DNA of 64,000 bases, taken from NCBI RefSeq assembly GCF_006345805.1, contig NC_043002.1:21948001-22012000 (forward strand). Direction: 5' to 3'. Both the position numbers and the translations under genes were made by a program. Positions 23,362-37,089 of the stretch are shown piece by piece. Numbering within the stretch: position 1 is the first letter of the stretch; each line of letters starts with the position of its first letter. The notes beneath the pieces were generated by a model. The model saw only the letters and a program-made list of their open reading frames with translations. It made no database searches and was not told the origin of the DNA. Source of the stretch: Octopus sinensis. Taxonomy: Eukaryota.

Positions 23362-24339
23362 TATATATAGTAGAATAATAAAGTGAAAGTTCTTGGTAGA
23401 GTATTATATATATTTGAAAGAATGAGTAGAAATGGCTTTTTTGAGTGGATAAATTTTTTATTTTGATATTATTAGTAATAATAATGTTTACAGTGAATGT
23501 TTTTTTTCTTACAAATGAGAAAACAATCTTTTGCTATTTAAGCAGCCAGTAAAACATATATTTTTTAGTTTGAAAACGGCAACGAGATAATTGCAACTCA
23601 GACCTGAGTCTCTCATTGTAAACTTTATATATAAGATTAAAATAAAAATTATCCCCTCAAAAAAGCCATCTTATCTCATTCATTCAAATATATATATATA
23701 TATATATACATATATAAAAGAAGACAAAAGGAGTTTAAAATATATGACAGTTCTTTCAGAATTTTATCGATGTAGTCATGTTCTACTGAAACATTTGTCG
23801 TAAGCTTTTACGAAACAGCTGTCGTAATCCCAATTTGTGGTCTTTTTTATAAGTGCGCCGCATTTAGAACCACTCCTGAGTCGGATCTACAGTTTAAATT
23901 AGATTTGGTCTTACACATTAGCGATGTCTTAACGACATATCGTACCTTCATGGTTGTTTTGCCTCACTGAACCCTATGTTATTGCACCTAGCCACTTCTG
24001 GCGTTCTACATGTTGATGCGCCTTGGCTTTTAATGAATCTTATAATTAATACACACACACACACACACACACATACACACATACACACACACACACACAC
24101 AGACACAGACACACACACACACACACACACACAACACACACACACACACAACACGCGCATGCACACAGAAGTAGGCGCAGGCGTGTCTCTGTACGATGAA
24201 ACATCACTGTGTGGTTAAGAAGCTCGCTTTTAAACCACGTGGTTTCGGGTCCAGTCCTATAGATGTGTGTGTATATGTATATATATATATATAGGGAGCA
24301 TATGGCTTAGTCACTGTCAACATTCTAATACATAATGGC

Positions 24340-24889
24340 AATTTCTGTCTGTCTGTCTCTCTGATTGTTCTATCTGAATGTCTGTTACCATCTTGCTGCC
24401 TACACCAATGAACCAATCTTGAAACTTTGCATACATGTTAAACTAACACCCAGTTGAATTATAAGGCTAACTGGATTTCAATAAAAATCTATAATGGGCG
24501 GGGATGTAGCACATGTCCACAAGTCAATGACACATCTACTGATATGAATTAAGTAAGACTCAACCATGCACTCCTTGCACACAACGTGCGTCTTTTGTGA
24601 GAACAACTCAGCTTTCCAAGGGAAAACGATTCTGCATGCAGCGCCCGTACGTCACGCTAAGGTCACATTAAGGACACGGTCAGCTGCAGGATACGTGGAT
24701 AGGACATGGAACAATGTAATGACCAATGATCAGGAAGTTGGTTCACCATGAGATTAATTTGATGAATTAAATCCAAATCACCATAACATCTTAATTATTT
24801 TTATCGAACAACACGAGATACGGCCATGCTGTGATAAACTGCGACAATACCAGCTACAATACATGAAGTATTTGTCAATGTATTTGTAA

Positions 24890-24943
<54 letters not shown>

Positions 24944-25033
24944 ACCATGCATGTATGTGTGTATATGTGTTATATATACACACACATGCATATCATATGT
25001 GTGCGTGTTTATGTGTATATGTGTGTGTATTGA

Positions 25034-25129
<96 letters not shown>

Positions 25130-25695
25130 CATATATCTATCTAATTTATTTTACTCAGAGATGCATATTCGTTTGTTAAAATAATATAGAGACATTCCTT
25201 ATTCACCCACTAATCGTATTAATAGTTTGTAATACCTATTTTTAGCAATAAACTAGTACCATAAACGACCGGTTGGGCATAAAGACGGGAACTAACTGGA
25301 AATGGGATAGGACATGGAATAGGGTAATAGTAAACAGGAACTGGAAATAACCCCCGCTTTTCCAGTATTACCGGTCAACTCATTTATTTTCCTGAGACGA
25401 ATATTCGTTCGTCAAAATAATATCGGAACATTACTTATTCACCCACTAATCGTATTAATAGTTTGTAATACCTATTTTTAGCAATAAACTATTACCATGA
25501 AACTTAGTAAGATACTTAATGGCTTAATTATACCTAACTGATTTTAAAATTTATATATTGACATAGGATTGGGGACAGGAATGGGAGCGGAAGTAAAACA
25601 TGAACTGAACAGGGAGCGGGATAGGACATGAAACTATATAATGGGAATGGGAATGGGGACTGGAAATAACCCATGCTTTTCCGGGTAATTCAGCT
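24340..25695 (+). mobile_element. Possible second decayed Helitron with an internal ~115-bp direct duplication
   Basis: 5' TGTCTGTC...CCAATCTTGAAACTTTGCATAC, 3' CCCATGCTTTTCCGGGTAATTCAGCTA(T); 25150-25265 is duplicated at 25388-25500. Confidence 0.4.
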
Positions 25696-25928
25696 ATATA
25701 TATATATATATATTCTATATATATATATATATAATATATAATATATATATATATATATATTAATATACTTACATAATGCATACATACATAAATATACATA
25801 CACACATATACACACATACACACACGCATGCATACACACATACATACATACATAATACATACATACATACATACCTACATACATACATACATACATACAC
25901 ACACACAACACACACACACACACACACA

Positions 25929-25965
<37 letters not shown>

Positions 25966-25988
25966 TACTACACACACTCACCCACACA

Positions 25989-26031
<43 letters not shown>

Positions 26032-26192
26032 CTACTACCACACATCATATATATATATGTGTATGTATGTATGTACATTATATATATCATAAAAACGGAG
26101 AAAAAAGACAAAAAGAAAAAAAAACAACCACGCGAGGACATGATACATGCAAAGTATTAATAAGACGCTCAGAGAAAGAAGGAAAGAAAGGA

Positions 26193-26229
26193 TGTTTTAC
26201 GTTTCGAGCAGAGTTCTTCTTCAGAAACA
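26193..26229 (-). ncRNA. Minimal type I hammerhead ribozyme motif in a probable Penelope-like terminal repeat (~26090-26330)
   Basis: TGTTT CTGAAGA A GAAC TCT GCTC GAAA C GTA AAACA: 5-bp stem I, intact core, stem II with one mismatch, palindromic ACGT helix III, GUA cleavage triplet. Confidence 0.7.
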
Positions 26230-26579
26230 GGAGACAGAAGAAAGTCCAAAAGAAAAGGAAGACGGAGGAAACAAAATCGCCAACAATCGGCATGTAGTTA
26301 CATTTTGGAAATTATCGCGGACGGATAAAAATTCTTTATGGATAAGTTAACACTACCATTGGTTCATGTTAACAGAGAAATCTCTCAACAGTTATTTTGC
26401 CTGTCACATGGAATATTAGAATAAAAACAATTTTACATTAAACTCAAAATTTACTCAATATTTTTGTAGAGTACGAATTTATTTTTCTTTAGCAAGAATA
26501 TGCATGTATGTATATTTGTATGTATGTATGTATGTATGTATGTATGTATGTATGTATGTATGTATGTATGTATGTATGT

Positions 26580-26902
26580 CATTATTCAGTTTTATTTCAA
26601 GATTCTTTGCTAATAGAGATAGAGCCGGTTTCTAACCTAGATCCAAGGCTCCTTCATTGGAATTTTAACATCAATAACAGGGTATTTTTGTATGTGTATA
26701 TGTATGTTTATGTGCAGATTTGTATTTGTTTCATGTACGTATTCTCATGCATATTGTTGCATATACATTTAAATGATAAACTTCTGGAAAGTCTTACAGA
26801 TTTTTACAGTCCCAGTGATGGAATGGATCTGTAGTCTTCGAATTAGCTTTCTTCTTTCTGGTTTTGAGAAGCCTAATTTCTCAAGATTAGGATTCAAGCA
26901 TT
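26580..26902 (-). mobile_element. Second RLE LINE 3' fragment, flanked on both sides by (CATA)n
   Basis: NLEKLGFSKPERRKLIRRLQIHSITGTVKICKTFQKFII* plus a complete-looking 3' UTR ending ...AAAACTGAATAATGA; a further UTR fragment at ~26950-27020. Confidence 0.8.
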
Positions 26903-27027
26903 GTATGTATGTATGTATGTATGTATGTATGTATGTATGTATGTATGTGTAGATTTGTATGCTCTGTTTTACGTATGTATTCTCATGCATATAGCTGCAT
27001 GTCTAGACATGGCATTATCTATGTTTG

Positions 27028-27059
<32 letters not shown>

Positions 27060-27399
27060 TGTATGTATGTATGTATGTATGTATGTATGCATGTGTGTAT
27101 GTATGTATGTATGCATATATGTATATGTATGCATGAATGTATGTATGGTGGCTACAACTCGATTTCGGTTAATGCCATTGCTTGATTATTCTCTTAAGGT
27201 AGAATAGATGTAGGTTTTCATGGCAACGCCAGGTGTCTCTTGCATTAAGCGTTCAATGATTACTGTTCACACTGACACATGTCTTCATTCCATTATGGGA
27301 TTTTTCATTGTTTTGCCTTTTTCAACTATGCTCAGCTATATTATGCAACACATAATAGAGATGTTAAAAATCAAGTGATACTCGCGCCTGCAGCTTTGT

Positions 27400-27540
27400 A
27401 AAGTGAGATAAGGCCTTGCAAAGGGACAACCTTACAAAAAGAACTACCCTATATCACTGGATGCAAACGAAATCACAGATGTTACATCAGAATTTTCATT
27501 TGTTATTGTGAGATATCTAAACAAAAACTAGAGGTCTGTC
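27400..27540 (+). mobile_element. Possible hAT transposase scrap
   Basis: YPISLDANEITDVTSEFSFVIVRYLN weakly resembles the hAT 'SL.LDE.TD....L...VRY' motif. Confidence 0.3.
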
Positions 27541-28644
27541 ACTCACAGATGTTGGATGGCAGCTCTACCTGACAGGGGATCTAACAAAAACCATCCTCCT
27601 TACCTTGCTGGCTTGGTAGGGTTGCTGGTTCAGAGACAGTGAAAGCGAAAGAGGGCTTGGTAGAGTTGCTGGTTCAGAGACACTGAAGGTGAAAGAGATG
27701 GCCTGAGACGTGTCACAAAATGAAAGAAGGAACACTCACTATTTAAAATTAGACTGAAATATATATAACTATTGCATGGAATCTGTCTAAATATATTATT
27801 TCGAGGTTTTGGCAGCTGACTGGACTGGAGCAACGAGAAATAATGTGTTTTGCTCAAAAGCACATGCTGCTGGGTATTGAACTCACAACTTTAGGATCAT
27901 GAGCTTACCACTAAGCCATGCGCCTTCACAAATATATGTAATATAGTGTAATAAATACACATTCTTTCTAAATTTATCTTATGGTTTGTTGGCCACTCCT
28001 CAGGGAAGAGTAACCCAGTTTCCTTCTACAGTCAACAGCAGAGATGAACTGTTTATAAAACAGTTATGACTTAAGTTATTACTGTGATGGAGCTCGATCT
28101 GAAAGCGGAAGGGTATATATATTTATGAAAACATTTATATTCTATCGGCTTACATATGGAATTTTGGGCAAATACTATTTCTATAGCTTCGGGTCCATCC
28201 GTACGGTGTGAGGGAAAATGAGTTGGCAAAACCATATAGAAGCCGTTGGATGGACTGTATCTAATTCAAAGATACAACTTTGTCTCACACTGCGTAACGC
28301 TGATTCTGCTTGAATTACTCTAAGAGAGACCATATCTGTGAAGTACTCAGCCATTTTGACTTTGACGTTAAGTCTGTGGGTAATAAAGCGAGTTGATCGA
28401 ATAACTCAATTCTCATCCTTAGAATCGATGGAGGACCATCCATCCATCCATCCTCCTCACATACGTGTTTTTTTTTGTGCCATTTTCAAGCCTAGCCAGG
28501 CTCATGGGCCCGGTTTCCCGGTTTCTGTGGGGTATGTGTTCCTCCCAGCTGGACGGGACGCCAGTCCATCGCAGCGTTACTCAAGAAACAAGAAGAGAGA
28601 TTGAGAGAAAGTTGTGGCGAAAGAGTACAACTAGGGTCGCCCCT

Positions 28645-28799
28645 ACATGGTCCCTGGTTTATTCCCACTGCGTGGCACCTTGGGCAAGTGACTCCTTCTC
28701 TATATCTCGGGCCTTGTGAGTGGATTTGGTAGACGAAACTGAAAGAAGCCCGTCGTATGTATGTATGTATGTATGTATGTATGTATGTATGTATGTATG

Positions 28800-28867
<68 letters not shown>

Positions 28868-29246
28868 ATAAGGGGGTGGAATTCACGAAAAATACAAAAG
28901 ACGAAGACAGGTGGTGTACAAAACAAACAGATGTATTAGTATAACGCTCGGAATTGAAAAAGTCTTTACATTTCGAGCCTACGCTCTTCCACAGAAAGGA
29001 ACACAGAAAGAAACAAGGAGAGAAAAAAGTTGTATGTTTGTGTGTCTGTGTTTGTCCCCCAACATCGCTTGACACCCGATGCTGCTGTGTTTATGTCCCC
29101 GTAACTTAGCGGTTCGGCAAAAAAGATAGATAGAATAAGTACTAGGCTTCCAAAGAATAAGTCCTGGGGTCGATTTGCTCGACTAAAAGGCGGTGATTCA
29201 GCATGGCCGCTGTCAAATGACTGAAACAAGTAAAAGAGTAAAAGAA
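28645..29246 (+). mobile_element. SINE family B with a Penelope-like fragment (~28865-29030) inside its internal microsatellite
   Basis: SINE halves flank (TATG)n(TA)n and a 165-bp insert containing a degenerate hammerhead-like motif (28962-28999, minus strand). Confidence 0.75.
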
Positions 29247-29454
29247 TTAAACATTATGGATAATTTAGGCGTGAAACTATTGGGTTATGCCCAATATTTT
29301 CTCGATACCGGGCTGATAAAATTTTCATTTGTTTACGTTTCCTAGCGAGTCTGAAGATCTAAAACTATCGGTATGCCTATTTAAATTTCAGATTATCCAG
29401 TATAGTGTTGTGAGAAATTAATTAATATATCATCATATCTTTTATCTTTTAATT

Positions 29455-29894
29455 GTGCGCGTTATTGGTGACCTCATATCAAGATAAACAGCGCATGTAG
29501 TTGCAGGTGGGGCCCACTTATAATTTTCTTCGAATCGATCAGTCCATCTCACTGAAAAGGTCCCTGGATAAGGGTTGTTTAAGGATGATGGACGAAACAC
29601 CCATGTTTCCAGAGATAAAGTATTAAAATCCCAAAGAATCCATCTCAATACATGGCTACAATACTCCTCCAACACTCCCGCACGTGATCAGAGATACACA
29701 TATCGTCAGCCACTAAGGAACATGCTCAACTAGTTAAGGGCAAACAACTGACAATGAAATCTGTGGTATTGAGCAGAATATTTGCTGTAACCCACCTTCT
29801 TCACCAAGACAAAACATGTACACGTTAACACTCCCCATCAGTTTAGATCAGAAGCCATGGGAGCTACTGCCTTGTACTGCATCAGGGCAATTAT
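29455..29894 (-). mobile_element. Family D retroposon-like element, 3'-truncated
   Basis: Homologous to 51771-52311, with the same 5' start ATAATTGC(C/T)CTGATGCAGTAC. Confidence 0.8.
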
Positions 29895-29896
29895 CA

Positions 29897-30124
29897 TTCT
29901 TCTTCTTCTTCTTCTTCTTCTTCTTCTTCTTCTTCTTCTTCTTCTTCTCTTCTTCTTCTCTTCTTCTTCTTCTTCTTCTTCTTCTCTTCTCTTCTTCTTC
30001 TTCTTCTTCTTCTTCTTCTTCTTCTTCTTCTGCTTTTCTTTTTTTCTTTTTCTTCTCTTCTTCTTTCTTCTTCTTCTTCTTCTTCTTCTTCTTCTTCTTC
30101 TTCTTCTTCTTCTCTTCTTCTTCT

Positions 30125-30185
<61 letters not shown>
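29897..30185. repeat. (CTT)n pyrimidine tract (~230 bp) followed by (ATT)n
   Basis: Seen directly. Confidence 0.95.
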
Positions 30186-30692
30186 GTAAGAGAGCAGTGC
30201 ATGCCATCAAAGTGACACTGGAGTAAATACACGAAGCCCAGTATACCCATCATGACTACCTGTCTGATAAGAGTACACCAGGCACATGCATCACAACCAT
30301 ATGTGCGCAACATGGTGATCTCATATCAAAATAAACAGTGCATGACCTTGCAGGTGGGGCCCAGTTAGAATTTTCTTCTTGTCGGTAATCCATCCCGCTC
30401 AAAAGGTCCCTGAAGAGGGATTGTTTAAGGATGTTGAACGAACCCCCCATGCTTCCAAAGGTGAATTAACCAAACCTCTAAGAATTCCTTTCAACACACA
30501 GCTATGTTGCTCCCCACTACTTCTGTTCGTGATCAGAGATGTACATATTGTCAGCCATTAAGGGACATGGTCAACTGATTAAGGTCAAACTACTGACAAG
30601 CAAATCTGTGGTATTGAGCAGAATAATTGCTGCAGCCCATCTTTTATACCAAGACAAAACAATGTACACGATAACACTTCCAATCAGTTAAG
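30186..30692 (-). mobile_element. Family D element, 5'-truncated, between (AAT)n arrays; a 23-bp 3'-end-only copy lies at 30758-30780
   Basis: Shared 3' end GCATGCACTGCTCTCT(C/T)AC followed by (AAT)n. Confidence 0.85.
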
Positions 30693-30722
30693 TTATTATT
30701 GTTATTGTTGTTGTTGTTGTTG

Positions 30723-30757
<35 letters not shown>

Positions 30758-30778
30758 GAGTGAGAGAGCAGTGCATGC

Positions 30779-30810
<32 letters not shown>

Positions 30811-30844
30811 GTAGTAGTAGTAGTAGTAGTAGTAGTAGAAGTAG

Positions 30845-31900
30845 TCAATGTTCAGAGGCATTTTCTGTTGCCACTGGAACCAAACAGGGATGTGTTTTTA
30901 GCCCCTGCACTTTTTTTTTCCATTTTCTTTTCAATGATGTTCTAAAATGCTTTCAAGGATTCCCATGGCGTAAAATTACAGTTTCGCACAGATACTGGCC
31001 TACTAGACCTCAAAGAGTAAAGTTTCAGATCAAAGAAAAAGACCAAAGAAGAGATCCGACATGACTTTCTGTCTGCTGATTATAGCGCTTTGATTTCTCA
31101 TGCATTTGAGTAAATTTAGGAAACTGTCAAGTTCGCTGCGATAGCTCGTGCTTTTAGACTGACTACCAGCATTAAGAAGACTGAAGTTTTATTCCATCCA
31201 AGGTTAGGGGCATGACATACTCAAGATTCAAACGTGATAGTAGACAACAAGCTACTCGAATGCCATTTAAGTATCTTGGAAGTACAGTAAACTTTAAGGG
31301 TACTCTTGATGATTAAATCAATGTTAGAATATCTAACGCTACAAGTGCTTTTGGAAAACTTTCCCATCGTTTGTGGGATGAACACGGTGTCAGACTGAAA
31401 ACTAAAGTAAGTAAATCTTGTATTTTGAGCACAGTTTTGTATAGGGCAGAAGCAGGGACTCCTTACTTCAGACATATAAAGAAACTTGAAATTTTCCACA
31501 TGCTGTTTGCGTAATATATACAACATAAAATGGCAATATAAGATATCTAATGTCAAAATCTTAAAAAAATGTGATATCTCCAGTATCCAAAGCATGCTGG
31601 TGAGAATTCAGCGCTGATGAATAGGACATGTTGTTCGAATGAAGAATGACCACATTCCCAAAATTATTTTGTATGGCGAAGAAGTGGAGGGTTACCGTGG
31701 TAAAGGAAGACCTTTCCTTAGATATAAGGATAAGTTGAAACAATCAGTAAAATCTCTACAGCTTAGCTTGACATCTTGGGGAAAGTCATTGCCTAGATTG
31801 ATATGCATGGCGCTAAATGTGTCATGATGCATCCAGACAATTTGAGTTGAGGAAATAGAACAATAGAAGAACAATATCCAGCAACCAACAGACACACTTA
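30845..31900 (+). mobile_element. Decayed RTE-clade LINE, reverse transcriptase region
   Basis: SEAFSVATGTKQGCVLAP, IKKTEVLFHP, FKYLGST, GHVVRMKNDHIPKIILYGEEVEGYRGKGRPFLRYKDKLKQSVK across frameshifts. Confidence 0.9.
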
Positions 31901-32203
31901 TCCAATCCCAGGTAAAGTCAAAATCCTGGATGTCCCCATTGCGACTTCATAGCAAAATCCATTCCTGGACTCAAATTACATTCACGCATCCATTGCAAGT
32001 AGATGCAGCTTCTTAGTGATTTTTTTTTGTTTAAGTTACCTCTCTCTCTCTTTCACTCTCTCTCTCTCGTTTTTACTACTGTCTTTAACTTTAAATCCTC
32101 TCCTTCAACGACTCATACGTTGAAATCGACGGGAGCGACCATCATCATCATCATCAGCAGCAGCAGCAGCATTATAATTATCGTTATTATTATTATTATT
32201 ATA

Positions 32204-32254
<51 letters not shown>

Positions 32255-32674
32255 GTTATTATTATTATTATTGGTTGAACGTGTTTTCAGTTCACTCACA
32301 GTATTTTGGATGTTTTTACGATGTGAGCCAACGTGGAAAAATATTTTTTAAGAGGGCCCTCAACAGAAAGAGGTCGGAACTCATTTCTTGCGCATTTATT
32401 TGAGAGAGAGGGTGAGAGTGAGAGCGAGAGAGAGGGGCTGGAGAGAGAGAGGGGCTGGAGAGAGAGAGAGAAAGCGGTGAAGAAGAAGAAGAGTGAAAGA
32501 GCCAGAGAGAAAGAGAATAAGAGAAAGATCGTGGATAAGAGATAGGAAGAGATAGGACGAGAGAGACACAGAAAGAGTAGTAAGAAAGAGCGCGAGAATG
32601 AGAATGAGAATGAGAATGAATGAAATTAGCGAATGAGAGATAAGAGGAAATGTGTGTGTGTGTGTGTGTGTGTG

Positions 32675-32707
<33 letters not shown>

Positions 32708-33378
32708 GTATGTCACAAAATCACACTTTTCCAAGGCTGATGTAAAGCTATCGATTTTGGTGTATTGATAATATTGATTTCTTACATTGGCACACCGTTG
32801 TACGAAGTAGAGTTCTCTTGCAGTTATTTCAATCTGGTATTTACCTAATGTTTAGATGTTTGATTTGTATATGTGACACATACGGCTGTTACAGTCATAC
32901 ATCCTTCTTGTATGTCTGGCGCATACTCGTCTAGAACACGAAGGAATGTATATGTATGTGTATGTGTATGCATGTGTGTATATATGTGTGTACGTATGTA
33001 TGTACGTTGTGTGTGTGTGTGTATGTGTGTATGCATGTATGTGTATATGTATGCGTGTGTATATGTGTGTGCATATGTGTATGTATGTATGTATGTATGT
33101 ATGTATGTGTGTGTGTATGTGTGTATGTGTGTGTGTGTGTCTTTGTCTATATTTTTCCGTCTTCATATAGCTTGGCAATCGGTGTTGGTCTGTTTCGTCC
33201 CCATAAATTAGCGGTTCGGCAAAAGAGACCGATGGAATTAGCACCAGCTTCAAAAACGAAAGCAAAAACAAGAATCAAGAACTCGGGTCGATTCGTTCAA
33301 AGTAATGCCCCAGCATGGCCGCAGTCTAATGGGTGAAGCAAGTAAAAGATAAAAGATAAACGATTTGGGGCGCACACA

Positions 33379-33419
<41 letters not shown>

Positions 33420-33918
33420 CACATATGTGCGCATGTATATATTTAAGGCTGTTCAATCTGCTACGAAATAAGTAAACTTGACACGTATAATATAATAATA
33501 TATGTAAGCCTACGACGTACGTTTACATATATTAAATCCTATAATGAGATTGTGTAGATCGGGTTCCCCGTTGACAGTTCTCTGACATTAGATAAAGAGT
33601 TAAACACTTATGGCATGCAAATTAATAGTTTATGTGAGTACACAGTTTGAAGCGCTCCAAAAGAGTTTACTTCTAGTAATTTAGAGTGGTTTAATTACTG
33701 CACTTGTTAGTATTACCGGTTATGATATACAGAGTAAATAAATGCATTTGTTCTATGTTTACTAGTATTTTCACATGATGTATAGAAAGACTTACTCGGA
33801 ACAACCATGGTGGATCTGCATCCAAATGCACCTGGTGCAGAAGCTGCAAATAGCAACAATGGCGTAAAGTGCGTAGGTAACAAATGGTAGACGGTGCATA
33901 TTTTTTATCATCCCCACC

Positions 33919-33954
<36 letters not shown>

Positions 33955-34267
33955 TGTCTGTCTCTCTTACATATATATTTATATACATATGTATATATAT
34001 ATGCATATACACATATACGTATGTATATATGTTGAAACACTCCTGTCACAACCTGGGACCTTGAAGACTGCTTTAATGCAAGAACGTATATTAGTCCCTT
34101 AATATTTGATATTCAATATTTCATTTCATTTTACTACTTATACTATTTATACTATATATTCTATATTCTACATTAATATTATAAAGAATATAAATAAAAC
34201 ATAAAAAACAGAGTTGAAATTCCTTTGAATAATATATATATCCCTCTATACACAATCATACAAACCC

Positions 34268-34324
<57 letters not shown>

Positions 34325-34730
34325 TAAAAGGAATTCCAACCTTGTCTGATTTTCACGTTTTATTTACAATCTTATAATGATATAATATAAGATAATATAA
34401 TATAATAAAGTAATAGAATGTTAAATGTTCATTCTGATTGAACTAGTACTTTCATGCATTAAATTCTGCAATCTTCAGGTTCATGTAGTAGTGGTGACAG
34501 TCATGCTTCACAATTTTTTACTGTAGCGAGATGATTAAATCTGTGCCTTAAATACAGCTGTGTAGGCTTCAGATTGCTAGGTTTTGCAAACTGTATTCTG
34601 ACTGTATTCTGACTGTATTCAGAATACAGTTTGCAAAACCATTTCGTTGTTAAAAAAAGTCAGTTTCCTAGTTTGTTTTTATGTTTTCGTTTCTCGTTGT
34701 GTTCTACGTTTATTTGTGGTGTCCTGTACT

Positions 34731-34801
<71 letters not shown>

Positions 34802-35958
34802 GCATATATATATACATATAGATGTAGGTATGTACATATATGTATATATGTATGCATATGTTTTATTTGTTAAATTGTTATTATATGACTGAGCGCCTCA
34901 CGTCGTTTCTTATCCTCCAAGTAAGTTTTTATATATATATGTATATATACAAATATATATATATACAAGAGTTATAAAATGGGAAATCCGGGCTACATAT
35001 GTTCCATAGCGAGTGGAATCTCAGAAGTGGTAAAATCGAAGTGAGGTGTATATCACCGGCTGCTCTTTAGGCCAAGGATATGTTGATTAGATTAAAAGTT
35101 ATATAGTCGCAAGGAGATACACGTTGACGCAAAGATTCAGGATATTATATATATGTACACACACACACACATACATATCTGCTTCTGTTTCTGTGCATAT
35201 GTATCTGGCACATATATGCCTGACACACAAACACAGATTGTTTCGACTAAATGGATTTGTAGAACACATTAATTTTTATTTGCTAAGTTCATGGTAATAT
35301 CCTAAAGCTGAGGATGAAATTTGACAAAATTATATTAGTGGTTCTAAATTGGTCTCAGAATGAATGAGAATGCTGGTCAAGGCGTATTTTAAACGAGTTT
35401 AACGATAACAACCCAATATCAGATTTAGAAACATTATTAATATGCAGAGTCACGCAAAAAATAATTTTCTGTCCTATATCTGAGAAATCCCAAAGAAGCT
35501 GTAGTCAAATAAAAACGCTATGCTTCACCACACCATACGCACACAACACACACACAACTACGTGGATCTCTGTCATTGTATTGGCATGTAAGTGGCTGAA
35601 TATTCCACAGGCGCTTATATACCATTAACGTAACTCACATTCACAATCCTTGTGACACGTTGTGTGACGAAACTGTGTCTTTGAATTATTGGTTCAATCC
35701 ACTTACGAGTTATTATACTGTTTTGTCCTGCCCAGGAGATAGAAAACGATATTTAATCAAAATGTCACATAGTGGGATCGAATTCGGGAACTTATGACTG
35801 CGAAGTGAGTTGCCATTCAGCATGTGTCTGTGCATATGTGTGTCTCTATATTTAAGTTCATTACGTTTTCAATCAACAGAAAAATAGGTAAATTTGAAAC
35901 ATGATATAATATATGTAAGCCTACGACGTAGGTTTACGTATATATTAAACCATATAAT

Positions 35959-36745
35959 CTTTTCTACTCTATGCACAAGGTCCGAAATTTCTTGGGGAGG
36001 GAGCCATTCGATTAGATCAACCCCAGTACGCAACTGGTGCTTAATTTATCGACCCCGAAAGGATGAAAGGCAAAGTCGACCTCGGCGAAATTTGAGCTCA
36101 GAACGTAAAGTCAGACGAAATACCTATTTCTTTACTACCCACAAGGGGCTACACACAGAAGAGACAAACAGGGACAGACAAACAGATTAAGTCGATTATA
36201 TCGACTCCAGAGCGTAACTGGTACTTATTTAATCGACCCTGAAAGAATGAAAAGCAAAGTTCAAAGTTGACCTCGGCGGAATTTGAATTCAGAAGGTAGC
36301 GGCAGACGAAATGCCTATTTCTATTTTTTTACTACCTACAAGGGGCTAAACACAGAGAGGACAAACAAGGACAGACAAACGGATTAAGTCGATTATATCG
36401 ACCCCAGTGCGTAACTGGTACTTATTTAATCGACCCCGAAAGGATGAAAGGCAAAGTCGACCTCGGCGGAATTTGAACTGAGAACGTAGCGGCAGACGAA
36501 ATGCCTATTTCTATTTTTTAACTACCTACAAGGGGCTAAACACAGAGAGGACAAACAAGGACAGACAAACGGATTAAGTCGATTATATCGATCACAGAGC
36601 GTAACTGGTATTTATTTAATCGATTCCGAACGGATGAAAGGCAAAGTCGACCTCAGCGGAATTTGAACTCAGAACGTAGCGGCTGACGAAATACCGCTAA
36701 GCATTTTGCCCGGCGTGCTAACGTTTCTGCCAGCTCGCCGCCTTT
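35959..36745 (-). mobile_element. SINE C head plus four tandem body units, inside one 15-bp TSD
   Basis: TSD ATTAAACCATATAAT (35944-35958) / ATTAACCCATATAAT (36746-36760); units of ~180-190 bp. Confidence 0.9.
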
Positions 36746-37040
36746 ATTAACCCATATAATGAGACTGTGTGGTTCAGTTCTTTGATATTAGATGGAGTTA
36801 TACACTTATTGTACGCAAATTAGTAGTTCTGTGAAAGAACTATATTTGATATGTGTATAAACGAATTCCTCTGAGATTGGACAATTAATGTAGACACCTC
36901 GAATGAGACCACAATAACGACCGAAAATCGATTTCGATTTGCGCGTCTGTATCTATCTATTTGTCTGTCTGTTTGCTTATGCATGCTGTTTGTGCATGCG
37001 TGTGCGTTTGTATATGTATATGTATGTGTGTATATATCTA

Positions 37041-37089
<49 letters not shown>

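Noticed and set aside
23760-23799. 40-nt micro-exon (TTTCAG|...|GTAAGC, FYRCSHVLLKHL)
   Set aside because: Good splice signals but no recognisable protein or partner exon; such matches are expected by chance in 64 kb.
23945-24035. PH-domain-like peptide SLKAKAHQHVERQKWLGAIT (minus strand)
   Set aside because: Immediate stop, weak acceptor, no other PH exons.
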